In this document: positions 13,061 through 26,647 of the stretch, piece after piece
How positions within the stretch are numbered: the first letter of the stretch is position 1
Layout of the letters: each line of letters opens with the position of its first letter
Assembly: GCA_964016885.1 (NCBI GenBank)
Contig: OZ024743.1
Coordinates: forward strand, 295,554,001 to 295,618,000
Origin: Eledone cirrhosa
Taxonomy: Eukaryota
DNA: 64,000 nucleotides
Reading direction: 5' to 3'
Position numbers and translations under genes: made by a program
The notes under the pieces: generated by a model
Told to the model about the DNA's origin: nothing
Seen by the model: the letters and a program-made list of their open reading frames with translations, nothing else
The model's database searches: none

Positions 13061-13142
13061 GACTATATGTATTTGAATACAGAACATATAACCAAATTAC
13101 TAAATATATCAACGCATTTTACCTTATTCATATGGTTACTTT

Positions 13143-13895
13143 AATAATTGTTTCTGCATTTCGCACAAGCCCAACACTTTTGCGAGCATTGGAAAATTCG
13201 ATTAAATCGTCCCGATGCGTTACTGATGCTTCATTTTACTGAACCCATAAGGATGAAAGGCAAAGCTAACAACAGCGGGATTCCTGCTCAGTACGTAAAG
13301 GGATGTAAATATATGCCGTAAGCATGTTGTTTGACGCTATATCTATTCTTCCAATCAACTACCAGATGGTTACTAATGATGATTTCTGATTTTGACACAA
13401 GGCCAGCAATTTTGTGGGAGGGGAAAATCGATTAAATTGTCCTCAATGTGATACTGGTACTTTATTCTACCGATCCCGTAAGGCTGAAAGGCAAAGTTAA
13501 CCTTGGTGGAATTTGAAATCGGAATGTAAAGTGACGTAACTATACGCCACAAAGTATGTTGTCTGACGTTCTACTGATAATGGCAATCCGACTTAATACT
13601 ACTTCAAGAGATATCTTCGTACTCAGAGCCCAATATATCGCCTACGCTAAAATAAAAATCCATAAATTATGAATCAGTTGTACATTGTAAACTCAACCCA
13701 TCATTTTTCAAATAATTGTTTCTACTTTAGGCACAAGGCCAGCAATTACCCAGTGCATTACTGGTACTTTATTTTATCGACCCCGTAAGGATGAAAGGCA
13801 AAGTCAACCTCGGCGGGATTTGAACTCAGATCGTAAAGGGACGTAACTATGCTGGAAAGCATGGCGTCCGACCATCTACCGATACTGCCAATCCA
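13143..13895 (-). mobile_element. Cluster of three ATT-tailed tRNA-like SINEs (13143-13363, 13374-13590, 13711-13895)
   Basis: Each carries a version of ctttgcctttcatccttacggggtcgataaaataaagtaccagt and the tail ggccttgtg..agaaa. The third is near-identical to the 41.3-41.7 kb copies. Confidence 0.85.
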
Positions 13896-14064
13896 GTAAC
13901 AATGAAGTGATTGCTGACATTTCAGAGAGAAAATGACTGCCATTAATTAAGATGTGTGGGGGGGGGGGGGGGCATTGATAATCTATTATATAGATTAATT
14001 ATGAATTATATCGTGAATAAGTGCTGAATGGATGATAGGTAAGGTTGAATCTGGCATACATTTT

Positions 14065-14570
14065 TAACTCACAGTGTAGAACAACCTACATAAATACAAT
14101 ATATTTTATCCGTCGTCCTCCAATCTTTGATGCGAATGAAAGTAAGAAGTTTCGGGGAGATATTTGGAGTGTAGGAAAGGAGTACAATAAAATTGTGGAG
14201 TCGCTGACTAACATCAAAATTGACATTGGGCATAAACAACAGGGAGAATTGGAGATAACAACTGATATGGTAACTCTCCAGTGTATAAAGATACCATATT
14301 GAAAAGCTCCCAGCTGAGACGATGTGAAAGAATTCTGGTTGGAAAAGTTGAGGGCCTTTCATGTGAGAATTGCTGAGCAACTGAATAAGATATTGAATGG
14401 AGAAGAGAGGTTGCCAGAATGGCTAACCTTTCGGAAAACGATCTTGTGGTTGAAGGACCCCAACAATGGAAATGCAGTTGACAGGTTTAGACCTATCTCT
14501 TGCCTCCATCCTATGTGAAAACCTATGACAGATATCATTGCTGGGACAATGTATGAAAGTCCTCTAGAAC
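14065..14570 (+). mobile_element. R4/Dong-like RT fragment (a further lineage)
   Basis: ORF 14324-14518, FWLEKL...[17 protein letters not shown]...FRPISCL, aligns with the Dong RT N-terminal domains at 36.6-36.85 kb. Confidence 0.75.
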
Positions 14571-17193
14571 AGTCTGGTCAGTTCGACATCGTAAATGCCA
14601 AGGACCTCTCTGGGTGAGTTGTCGCACTTGCCCACCAATAATCCTCTCTAGAACTCGAGAGAGGAAGTTCCACTGACCACATTGCCCGCCTGGCAGAGAG
14701 GAGTGAGCGCCTGGCAAGGTTCCAGATGACATACGCCCAGTCTCGCTCTCTTCCTGACCCAGGAGTGCAGTTTAATGAGAGAGACGAGCTGTGGAAATGC
14801 CTATCACAAAGATGGCAACCAAAATTGTTAAGATTATTTAAAGTAGCGGTAGCCTCAGAGTATATTTGTGCATCACCGACCCAGCTGGCAGCAAACGGAC
14901 CGCCTCATCAATATAACCTGTGCCTTCCACAAGAAGTTGATGAGCAGGTCTTCCAACTTGATGAGGTTCAAACGGGGACAAGGTACAATGGTCAAGTGTT
15001 ACTAGATGTCGGATGAGATGTACGAGTTTGCCACATCCGCTCGACCTTTCAGAGATAGCTTTATCCCGGCGTATTTCTGGGTGAAACTGACCAGCCTGCT
15101 TGTTACTTCGTCGCAGTTCTTATCCACCTGGAGGTGTAATCCTAACTAGAACGCGAGCAACTTCACCGGTCCCTCCGACCAGCGTCTGACGACGCTGTTG
15201 AACGTCAACCTTTCATATTCCATTAAGAACGTACCGACCACCTTGTTCTCGGAGGTGTTCGACACCATCACGGTGATGTCATCCGCATACGCCATCTAGC
15301 TCTTATACGTCCCGATTCCAGCAAGAAGTCTTGCAACAGCTCTAGCTTTCACACTAAATGCTCGTGTATCAAAACGTAGAGAAGGGAGGAGAGACTGTAC
15401 CCTTGACAGACCAACTATGTCATCTGAAACGGTTCCGAAAGGTGGCCATTTATTTTGACTACTGAGCAGATGCCGTGGTGCATTGCAGGGATCAAGCCAA
15501 TTAATACGTGGCCAAAACCAGCTCTGCCTTGAGGACAGCCTCCAGGTATCGATGATCGACCCTATCGAAAGCTTTCGATTCATCTAAGTTCATCATAGCC
15601 ACACCGAAGGAATGTTTACTCCCTACACTCTCTCTGATGTACCGCATGAAATGGAGGTTGTCGTGCATGGATCTGGTCGCGATTTCCCAAGTCCGCACCT
15701 CCCTTACCAGCCCCTCGAAGATAAGTGTCAACCTCTTCGCTAACACCTTGGCCAAAATCTTAAACTCTGTGTTTAGCAGAGTTATGAGCGTAAAATTGTC
15801 TAAAATGTTCCTCTTATTCTCGTCTTTCTTCATCAGGGTTACTACGTACTGGCTTGCAGAACTAGGAATAGTCACATTCTACTGCAAGTTGCAGTAGACC
15901 TCGAGGAAATAGAAGGACAAGTCTAGCATACCTTCTTAAATCTCGTAGTGAAGACCATCGGAACCGAGTGATTTCAGCTTCGGCTGGCGTGAGTCCCGGG
16001 AAACTAATGAAGTAAGAACTGAAGTCTGCTACAGTCTCCGACTCAGCCTTCGCCGAAACAGTCAAGCAAAGTGCTGGCGAAAGGCCACAAACATCTACAT
16101 GGTATCGTTCCGCAAGCGTTCATCTCGGTTCGACGAATACTGTATCGTGGCTTTGTAACCACCCTGGATTCTGCCACTCGGACCCATCGAACAGCTTTGG
16201 TTTTGGGGGTTTCTTAGAGCACGTGCCTTAGCTTTGACAATACAACCGTCAAGTTTCGCATTGAAGAAATGGTATACTGCCATTCTCCCTGCTAACACGT
16301 CAGTTGCCATGCCACTTCTAATCACCTCATCCGCACCCCCTCCTTTCTATTTTATTTCTTTACTAAAACCTTTGACACCAGTGTAAACTTTTACTTGAGA
16401 GCACCCCACGACCTGTTGTTGAGAAAACCCCTGTCAAATTACACTTATGAAAGTAGGGTCCCGTGCTCCACATGATTTAGGCGCCGGGAATACGCTATAA
16501 GCTTCCAATACCCAGGTCGAAGCCTATATGTTTTATCTAGGTCGGCGTTTCAGATCACAAGTTTATGATTTGAATAGGTGACCGTTCGGATATGTGGACA
16601 ACATATACTATTCATATTTATTAACTTAACCAAAACCTATCTATGTACATCATATATGACCCTATATGGTTGTTCCACGTCCACACGGGCGCATTTGAAA
16701 AACCTAGTCGGTATCTGTCAGACAGTTGATGTTGCATTTTAGTGCTGCCTTCACGAAATTGGGACGGGGGCCAGTTCCACTTCACGGGTTTGTTGCCATT
16801 ATTGCCGTTGTTGCTCTCGTTTGATTTGATTTCGCTGTTGGTGTTGCTCCTGTTGTTGGCGATACTACCAAAAGTGGTGGTAATGTTGATACCAGTGATG
16901 GTGAGGGGGAGGGGGGGGGGCTCAAACAACTCAACGTCTGAACCGCTGTTACGTGACAGATGGCTTACGGTGATAGGGCATATTCTGTCCCTATTTTTTA
17001 GCGAAACATTATTTGTAAAACTAATTAACGTTCAAATATTTGGCACCAAAGTCCAAATATGGGATTGGCTTTTCGCAGGACAAGGAAGGGTCCTTATGAC
17101 CCCTTTACAACAAAATCTTAGAACAAAATACGAATTTGAACAACTTAATTCACCAAACCCATCAGAATCGCACGTCTTCACACTTTAGTCACC
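14571..17193 (-). mobile_element. L1/Tx1-clade LINE copy A, degenerate, internally deleted and 3'-broken
   Basis: ITLLNTEFKILAKVLAKRL, LDESKAFDRVDH and AYADD are present. The 5' end is GG directly after (ATT)n. The APE remnant is fused to the ORF1 N-terminus near 16780. Confidence 0.85.
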
Positions 17194-17220
17194 AATAATA
17201 ATAATAATAATAATAATAAT
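17194..17220 (+). repeat. (TAA)n spacer between Tx1 copies A and B
   Basis: Direct observation. Confidence 0.95.
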
Positions 17221-17494
17221 TTCATTTATTGGTCACAAGGGCCGACATATAGGGGACAATACAAAAGACTGGGACAGTGGGGTTTTACAGAAAAATCGAG
17301 TAAACAATATGAATAACAATAACAAAGTAACAATAACAAAGTAACAATAAAGTAACAATAAAGTTACAAGAAAAAAATTCCCCAATAGGTTGGATGACGA
17401 CCTAGGGTTCGCTCAGGTACCCCACCAGTCCTGAACGATCCGACGCTTCGAGAGCACCCTGGAAGGCACCCCTCTCCTCTTCAAATTTACCTAC

Positions 17495-20400
17495 CTAAAG
17501 CCGCATGACCAGAGCAGGCCCACTCACACGGGCCATTCTCGCCACATTCACCCACCTTTCAGCAAATGTACTGGGGGGCAGCACTTCTCTCTCCACCCTT
17601 ACCTTCCTTTCCAAGTGAAACTTGAAAAAGTTGATGAGGGATTGGCCGATGAGAAAAGTGTCTGTCTTCAGTCTTTCAAACTCGTCCACCATACAACCTC
17701 TGTCGCTACTGCCACCAGACAGAGGAAAATTGCCTGCTCTTCCTGGCCAAAAGAAGGCGGCGGGTCGATCTTCACTATGGACTCGGCCGATAGCCGGATC
17801 CGTTCTAAACGCGACTACAGCTGTTCAACATAACTCCACAAGTCAGTAATGCACGGACATTGGACGAGTGCGTGCAGAACGGTTTCGTCGCTCTGCGCGC
17901 ATCTCGGGCAGGTCCGTCTGACAGCACTTCCGTGCCTGTAGAGTTTTTCTCGAACCGGCAGTGCCCCCCGGTAGTACTGCCAAGCGAGGGATTTTGGGAA
18001 ATTATCAATCGTCCCCGGCTCGAAAGTCCTCCGGTACAGAGTGGTTAGTTCGACCTCGTTGACTCCCAGAGCCTCTCCGAGTGCGTCGTCGCACTTGCCC
18101 ACCAATAATCCTCTATAGAACACGAGAGTGGAAGTTCCACTAACCGCATTGCCCGCCTGGTAGAGGAAAGTGAGTGCCTGGCAACATTCCAGATGCCAGT
18201 CACCCAGTCTCGGTCTCTTCTTGACCCAGGACTGCAACTCAGTCAAAGAAACGAGCTGCGGAAAGGCCCGTCTGACAAACGGCGACCACACCTGTTCACT
18301 GTTTAGGCAGAATATCTGGAGATGCCTTAGCCTCGGCACGTGCCTGCGCATCATTAGCCACGGCATGCCCGGCCCTCCACGTAGAGGGTGCTGGCAGCAG
18401 ATGGACCGCCTCAGCAGCGGAACCTGACCCCTCCACAAGAATTTGAAGAGGAGCCACTCCAAGATGGCGAGGCGCGAACGGGGACAAGGGACGACAGTCA
18501 GACGGTAGTAGATGACGGACGCAATGTACGCGTTCGGCACCTCCGCCCGAGATTTCAGTGATAGCTTCATCCCAGCCCATTTCTGGGTGAGACTGACTAA
18601 CCTGCCCGTCACCTCGTCCCAATTCTTATCCACCTGGAGGTCTGGCCCGAACCAAACCCCTAGCAACTTTACCGGTCCGTCCGTCCAGCGCCTAACGACG
18701 CTGTTGGACGGCATGGACTTGCCTCTCCAGGTGCAGAGTTGCAAGCCCACTGACTTTTCCGGGTTAAGTTTTGCTCCCGTCAACCTTTCATATTCCTCCA
18801 ATAAGTTGCCGACCACCTCGATTTCTGAGGTGTCCGACACCATCACGGTGATGTCGTCCGCATAAGCCGACACAGCCTTTCCGCATCCCGGTTCGAGCGG
18901 GATGCCCTGCAACAGCTCCAGCTTTCGCAGTAAAGGCTCGAGAGTCAATACGTACAGAAGGGAGGAGAGAGGGCGCCCTTGACGGACCGATCAGGAGACC
19001 TGAAACGGTTCCGAGAGGTGGCCATTAATTTTGACCATCGAACAGGTGTCGTTGTGCATTACAACGATCCAGCTTCTGAAGACGGGGCCGAAGCCAGCCG
19101 CCTTGAGAACAGCCTCCACGTACCGATAGTCGACCCTATCGATTGATTTAAATTGATCAGAGCCAGGTTTATACCCTACCCTCTCTATGATGTATCGCAT
19201 TAGGTGGAGGTTGTCGTGTATGGACCTGGTTGGGATTGCGCAAGTTTGCGCCTCCCCAACCAAATCCCCGACGACAAGAGCCAACCTCTTCGCTAACATC
19301 CTGGCCAAAATCTTAAACTCTGTGTTGAGCAGAGTTATGTGCCTGAATTGTCTAATGTGTCCCTCTTGTTCTCGTCTTTCCTTATCAGCGTCACTACGCT
19401 CCGGCTCACAGAACTGGGAATACTCCCGTTTTGCTGCCAGTTGCAGTAGAGGGCTTCGAGGAGATTGGAGAACAAGTCTGGCATATTTACGTAAAGCTCG
19501 TAGGGCAGACCATCCAAACCGGGTGACTTGCGCCTCATGCAGCCGAAAGGGCATCCTGAGTCTCGGCTGAAGTAATTGGCCTTTCGCAGCGCCATGCGTC
19601 AGCCGGCGAGAGTTGCGGCAAGCCATCGAGGTAGGGACTAATGTCCGCCACCATCTCTGACCCGCCACTTCCCCCGAACAACCGAGCAAAATGTTGGCGA
19701 AATGCCTCACACATCCTCTTGGAATCGCTCAGCTCGTGCCCGTCTCGGTCCGTCAAAGACCGAATCGTGGTTTTATTACCACGCTGCGCCTCTGCCACGC
19801 GGGCCCATCGAACAGCTTTGGTTCCCTCGTTTCTCAGAGCACGCGCCTTAGCTCTGACAATGCAATCTTCGTGTTTCGCATTGAAGAAATGGTCTAATGC
19901 TATTCTCGCCGCTAGCACGTCAGTTGCAATGCCACAACCAATAGCCTCGTCTAACTTATCTACCAACTCCGGCTCCTTTCTATTTTTCTCTAACGCTACT
20001 TCTTTGCTAAACTCTATCAACATTACTCTAATCTCTCTTTTGAGAGCCCCCACCATCTATTGTTGACGACTCCCCCTGTCAACTTTTTCTTAACTAAATT
20101 GTTGACCTGGTTCCTGTAAGCCTTATGTCCCGGAAATGACATGTTTAGCTTCCAGTAACCAGGTCCTAACCTACGCATCTTATCTAGGTCGACCATACAG
20201 ATCACAAACTTGTGATCTGAATAAGCGACCGTTTGAAAACGTGGACAGCTTACACTATTTCTGTCTATTTTCCTAATGAATATCCTGTCTATATACGATC
20301 TAGATGACCATATGCAGTTAGCCCAGGTCCACACTGGCGCATTAGATAAATCTAGTCGGTACCTGTGAGACAGTTGGAACTGGCTGATCAGGTTCTTGAG

Positions 20401-20868
20401 GCTTTTGCACCCCCCGCTCCTATCGGATACTCCCACACAGTCTCAGCGTGCGTCTAAGATGCCGTTCCAGTCCCCCGCTAACAGTAAAGAGCGACACGTA
20501 CCCAGAAAGGCTTCCAGGCGTCTAAAGAAGTCCGACCGTCCTGCCATTCTAAAGGCACCACCTTCATTATTGTTCACGTCCAGGACCACCAACTTCCCGT
20601 CCGGGTCCCGGAAGATCGACCTTACCTCGAGATCCAGGCCTTTCCTAAACAGCACTGCCACCCCGCCTCCCATTCCCGGCCGGCTAACAGATGCAAAGAT
20701 CTGATAGTCGTCGGAAATGGGGGCTAGTGCGCGCGTGTCTGATCTCCTGGTCTCGCTGACTGCAATTACATCCATTTCTATAGACCTGAGGTCGTTGAGC
20801 AGGTGACCCTGCTTCCAGGACGATCCCACGCCTCGAACATTTAAACATCCTACTCTTAATACGGCCAT
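17495..20868 (-). pseudogene. Tx1-B ORF2 (APE endonuclease, RT, C-terminal zinc finger), frameshifted
   Basis: NVRG, VSET, GDWNG, YIDR, YSDH; KSPGLDG, AYADD; CPRCAQSDETVLHALVQC. Split over several ORFs. Confidence 0.92.
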
Positions 20869-20899
20869 GTTGGCAGGTTAAACAGAGAGAGATGAAGGT

Positions 20900-22806
20900 T
20901 TATTTACCTTCCGGGCTCTCGTGAAGGTCGGGTTGTTCGACCTCCATAGTTAGTGGGATTGCTTTTGGGAACCCCTTTAAAAGTCTTGAAGTGGGTTTTA
21001 CGTTCGGAGTTCCCACGTCCCGAGCAAAGCTGTCTCGTATTTCCTTGAAAATGTCAAGCGACATTCGCACCAGAACCAAATCTTCCGGCACGCGAAATGT
21101 GCTCGATTTAAAAATTTCCCCCTCTTTTTGTATTTTTTCACTTCAGTCCTTATTGGCCCTCCTGACGAGCACGAAGTTTTGTATGTTTTCTTGGTGTGAT
21201 TTTATTTGTCTGCGTGGCTGTGGTGGTGATGGTTTTGGTGGTGTTGTTTCGGTTGTATCTGTGTTTGTTGTGAGTGCGGTGATTGTCGTTTAAGATGTGT
21301 GTGTGTATATTTCTTCTTCGTCTGTTTCGGTTGTTTGCGTTTGGGGGATTCTGGTGATGGTGATGGTGGTGTTGATGTTGGTGTTATTGGAGTGATGTTT
21401 GCGTGGGTGGTGTCTGCATTTTTTATTGGGGGTGCTTTTGTGCTTTAAGTTTTTTTTTTCTTTTTGTGTTTCCTTTTTTGGATTTTGGGGGATTTTGGAT
21501 TTCCCTCATTTTCACTACTGGTAGAAGAGGGGTCTGTGTCTGTAAGTGTGTCTGTAAGTATGTTTATGGTTTTATTGGTGTGTGTAGTTCCTCGTTTCCC
21601 CCCTGGGTGGTCAATGTTGGTGGTGGTCTTTCTATTGGTGTTGTTTTTGGTGCTTTTGCTGGTGCTGGTGTTGATTGTGGTCCTTGCCCCGGCGTCGGCA
21701 GCAGTGGAGCCTTTCGACCCCTTGCCTCTTTCAGCAGTTGGGGGCAGAAGGCTCGCAAATGGGTTTTTTCCCCACAAACAAAACACTGCGGCCTTTTATC
21801 TTCGGACATAATGTGAATGACCGTCCCATTCTGAAGGCGGATGTGGTCCGGGACTGTCTTCACATACTCGGGCCTGCTCTGGAGAAGGATCTCCAGGTCA
21901 ACCCCGGACCAGTCCTCTCTGGCCGTTCTGGTCACTTCTATAGGGACGGTATCCGTCCCCTACACAATCACACATCCCAGAAGCCACCACATGTCAAGTC
22001 CTGGTAGAATTATCGGAATGCGATGACGGGCCGTTCTTTTTCCCATGTGGGTGGGTACATTATGACCTTGCTGGTTTTGCAAGGAGTCATAGCGTGTTTC
22101 ATAGCGAGGGCTTCTGACTTGAACAACACCGAAATGGTGCCCCTCTCTATTTACTGGGTGTCTTCCCTGATGCACCTCAGCGCGACTTCGACATCTTGTG
22201 GGATTAAAGCTGCCCTTTTGGTTTGTGCTGAGATGCATCTATAATGCACCGTTTTGCGCTCCACTGCCTCAATAGCTTCTACCGGGACAGTTAAGTTGGC
22301 CCAAGTTTGCTCTTGCCTGATGAGCTTCCATGCCTGGGCCAACTTTTCATCTTTGTTTGAGAGGTCCATGTTGAAGCATGGCCTCTTTTTTGCTGCTGCC
22401 GCAGCGAGAGTGTTCTTCTTGATTTCGTTGGGGGTTTTGCTGTCGTTGTTCTTGTTGGTATTGTTGTTAGCACTGTTATCATTGTTGTCTTTGTTGCCAC
22501 CGTTGTTCTCGGTGCAGTTGGTATTGTTGCTGTTGGTATTGTCGCTATTTGTTTTCATGTTAGTGGTATTGATATTGTTGTCGTATTTGTTATTTTTTTT
22601 ATTTTATCTGTATTTTCGTTGTCGCTGTTACTGTCATTTTTTTCAAAATTAGTGTTCTTATTGGTATCATTGGTGTCTTTGTTTACCTTGTTTGTGGTGG
22701 TGTTTGTGTTATCAATTTGTGTTAATTTCGCTGTAGCGCTCCTCTCCACTTCTACGACGTTGTCGCACGACAGCAGACATATCGCTGTGTGGCGTGGCTC
22801 AGCCAT
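20900..22806 (-). pseudogene. Tx1-B ORF1 (gag-like, CCHC zinc knuckle), frameshifted
   Basis: Asn/Thr-rich N-terminus, CFVCGEKTHLRAFC, Pro/Thr-rich region. Confidence 0.85.
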
Positions 22807-23010
22807 GTTTTTCTTCTTCGTAAATTTTTTAACATGTAAAATAAAGTTCAAATATTTGGGCCAAAAGGCCCAAATATTATACTTTCCCCTTCACTGGGCA
22901 AAGTCTAAGAGTTATATCCCTTACACAACAAGAAATATATTACAACAAATAATTTTAGCAGGCAAATAAAGCGACTTACTGTGAGCGAGCAAAATACGTC
23001 CGCTTAGACC

Positions 23011-23037
23011 AATAATAATAATAATAATAATAATAAT
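23011..23037 (+). repeat. (TAA)n spacer between Tx1 B and C1
   Basis: Direct observation. Confidence 0.95.
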
Positions 23038-23281
23038 GTTTTCTTTATTAACCACAAGGGTTTACATGAAGTAGACATTAAGGACGGTACAGGACAATAC
23101 AGGACGGTACAAATGGGCATTTCTGCGTGTAAATAAAACAGAGGATGTAATAAAATAACAAAGAAAAATTCCCCAATAGGGGGGAGACTTCTGAAAGACA
23201 TTTGTGGAGAAAACCCATTAAAAGACCACAGTGACCCTGACCACCAGGGCAAGTGCCCTCTCCCAGTTTTCCACCTTTAAT

Positions 23282-26200
23282 TTACAGACACATACTCAGA
23301 GAAGGCCCATTTATTCGGGCCATACTTGCTTCTCTCACCCATCTTTCAACAAAATGCTGGGAAGAGAGCACAACCCTCTCTACCTTGATTTTCCTTTTCA
23401 AATGAAATTTGAAAAAGTTAATCAGGGCATCACCGAAGAGGTAAGTGCTCGTCTTAGCCCTTTCAAGCGTGTCCACCATACTATCTCTTTTGCCATGGCC
23501 ACCAGACAGATAAAAACTGCCTTCCCTTCCCGGCTAAAGGAAGAGGGCGGGGCAATCCTCACGATGGACTCAGCTTATAGCTGGATCCGTCCTACACGTG
23601 ACAGCAGGTGTTCGACATAAACCCACAAGTCAGCAATGCTCGGACACTGGACGAGTGTGTGCAGGATGGTTTCGTCGCCCTGTGTGCATCTCGGACATGC
23701 CCGGCTGACGGAACCTCCATGCCTGTAGAGTTTATCCCGAACTGGCAAAGCTCCCCGGTAGCACTGCAGGGCCAGGGATTTCTGGAAGTTGTCCATAGGC
23801 CCCGTCCCGAAAGACCTTCCGAAGAGATTGGCTAGTTGATTTTCGTCGACGCCTAGAGTTTCTCCAAGTACGTCGTCGCTCTTCCCCTCCACTAATCCTC
23901 TATAGAACGCCAAGGTGGAGTTTCCACTGATCACATTGCCCGATTGGTCGAGGGCTGTGAGCGCCTGAAGACATTCCAGTCTCCAAGCACTCTCTCTCAG
24001 TCTTCGCTTGACCCAGGACTGCAGCACCGTCAAGGAGACGAGCTGGGGAAAGACGCGTCTAGCAAACGGCGACCACACCTGATCACCGTCGAGGAAGAGG
24101 TGGAGATGTCGTAGCCTGAGCGCGTGTCTGCGCATTATCAGCCACGGCATGCCCAGCCCTCCACGTAGCGGGTGTTGACAGCAGATGGACCGCCTGACCA
24201 TCGGAGCGCGTCCCTTCGACAAAAAGCGAAAGAGCAAACGCTCCAGCACAGTCAGGAGGGGCTTAGGACAAGGTACGACGGTCAGGCGGTAGTAGATGAC
24301 GGACGCGATGTACGCGTTAGCCACCTCCGCTCGACCTTTCAGGGATAGCTTCCTCTCGGCCCATTTCTGGGTGAGAGAAGCCACCCTGCTCGTCACCTCG
24401 TCCCAGTTTTTGTCCGTCTGGAGGTCTGGACCGAACCAGACCCCTAGCAATTTAACTGGTCCGTCCGTCCAGCGCCCGACGACGCTGTTGGACGGCATGG
24501 ACCTGCCTCTCCAGGTGCCGAGCTGCAGGCCCACTGACTTTTCCTGGTTGATCATTGCTCCTGTCACCGCTTCGTATTCTCTTAGTGTAGTGCCGATCGC
24601 CTCGATGTGTTTGGCGTTCGACACCACTACGGTCACATCGTCCGCATATGCTGACACGGATCTTCCGCATCCTAGATCCCGTAGGACCCCCCTCAACGTA
24701 TCCAGTTTGTGCAGTAATGGCTCGAGAGTCAATACGTACAATAGGGACGAGAGGGGACATCCTTGGCGGACCGAGCGCATGATGTTGAACGGTTCCGAAA
24801 AGTGACCGTTCACTCTCACTACAGAGCAGATGTGGCTGTGCATGGCAGCGATTCAGCCTCTGAAGACGGGCCCAAAGCCAGCCGCCCTCAGGACTGCCGC
24901 TAGGTAACGATGGTCGACCCTATCGAAGGCTTTTGACTGATCTAAATTGATCAAAGACCCACCCGTGCCAGGTTCCCTAGCTACCCTCTCTACGATGTAT
25001 CGCATGAGGTGGAGGTTGTCGTGGATGGATCTGTCGGGAATGGCGCATGTCTGCGCCTCTCCCACCAGACCACCAACGACAGGCGCCAACCTCTTTGCTA
25101 ACACCTTGGCGAAAATCTTGAACTCTGTGTTTAGCAGAGTTATGGGCTTAAAATTATCTATGTTATCCCCCTTGTTCGGATCCTTTCTCAGCAGCGCTAC
25201 CGCTCCTCGGCTCACAGAGCTGGGAATTCTCCCGTTCTGTTATCAGTTGCAGTAGACGTCCGCCAAGAGGCCTCCGAACAAGTCTGGCATTTGTACGTAA
25301 AGTTCATAGGGCAGACCCTCCAAACCAGGTGATTTACCCCTTGTGCAGCCAATCATTGCCTCCCGTACTTCAGCGGCTGTTATTGGCTTGTCGCAACACT
25401 CCGCCTCAATGGCGGAGAGCCGCGGCAGTTCGTCGAGATAGACACTAAAGTCCATCCCTCGATCCGGCCCACCACTGCCCCCAAACAGTTGAGCGAAGTG
25501 TCGCTGAAAAGCTTCACACATTTGCCCGGGATCGAGTAGCATGCGCCCGTCGTGGTCCACCAAAGACCGGATCGTGGCTTTGTTGCCACGACGCGCCTCC
25601 GCCACTCGGGCCCATTGAACGGCTTTCGTCCCCTCGTGTCTGAGAGCACGCACCCTAGCTCTGACAACGCAGCCTTCGTGCTTTGCGTTGAAGAATTGGT
25701 CAAGGGCCAATTTCGCTGCAAGTACGTCGCAAAGCGCCTCGTCTAATTTTCTAACTAATTCTCCCTCTGCTCTATTCTTCTCTATTGCTAAAGCCTTACT
25801 AAACCTAATGGACTCTATTCTAATTGCTCTTTTCAGAGCAAACCACCTCTTGTTGTTCATGAAGGCCTCCGTCAACGCCCGCTTAACTAGTTCGCTAATC
25901 CGGTCTCTGTAGCTCTTGCGCGCTGGTAAGGACGCGTTTAGCTTCCAGTAGCCGGGTCCTCGCCTATGCTAGACCTATCTATTTCCCTACAAAATACTCT
26001 ATCTAGATATGATCTGGATGACCCTATGCGATTTGTCCAAGTCCACATTGGCACATTCGGGAAATCCAATCGGTACCTGTCAGACAGTTCAAAACGCCGA
26101 ACAGGTTGGTGAGGCTTTTGCACCCTCCCCCCTATCCGCTGATCCCACACAGTCCCAGCGTGCATGTAAGATCCCGTTCCAGTCGCCCACTAACACTAAA

Positions 26201-26608
26201 GAGCGGGACGTTCCAAGAAAGGTCTCCAGACGCCGGAAGAAATCAGGCCGCCCTGCTCCTGTCGGGGCATAGACGGCCACTAGCGTGAAAGCTTTCCCGT
26301 CTCTGCTGGTCACGTCTAGCACCACCAACTTACCTTCTGGGTCCAGTAACATGGCCCGTATGGCGAGATCCAAACCTCTCCGAAAAAGCCCAGCAAATCC
26401 CCCCCCCCCCCGATCCCAGACGGCTGGGAGATGCGTACACATCGTAGCCGCCGAAGATCGGTGCGAAGGCCCGTGCTTCGGAGATTCTGGCCTCGCTGAT
26501 GACCACTACATCTATGTTTAGTGACCTGAGGTCGTTGAGCAGGTGGCCCTGCTTCCATGACGACCCCAAGCCACGCGCATTTATGTTGCCTATTCTGAGT
26601 GAGGTCAT
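23282..26608 (-). pseudogene. Tx1-C1 ORF2 (APE-RT-zinc finger), frameshifted
   Basis: NARGL, VYAP, GDWNG, LDQSKAFDRVDH, VRQGCPLS, AYADD, CPRCTQGDETILH. Confidence 0.92.
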
Positions 26609-26647
26609 GTTGAAATGGAGTGGAAAAGATGGGAAAGACCACTTACC

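Larger units (their letters stand above)
17221..23010 (-). mobile_element. L1/Tx1-clade LINE copy B, full length, disrupted
   Basis: 5' GG after (ATT)n, ORF1 with CCHC knuckle, ORF2 APE-RT-zinc finger, then AATAAA and (ATT)n at the 3' end. Confidence 0.93.

Noticed and set aside
24296-24805. Recurrent antisense ORFs (MTDAMYA...) in all Tx1 copies
   Set aside because: Expected shadow frames of GC-rich ORF2; their conservation follows from the sense-strand protein.
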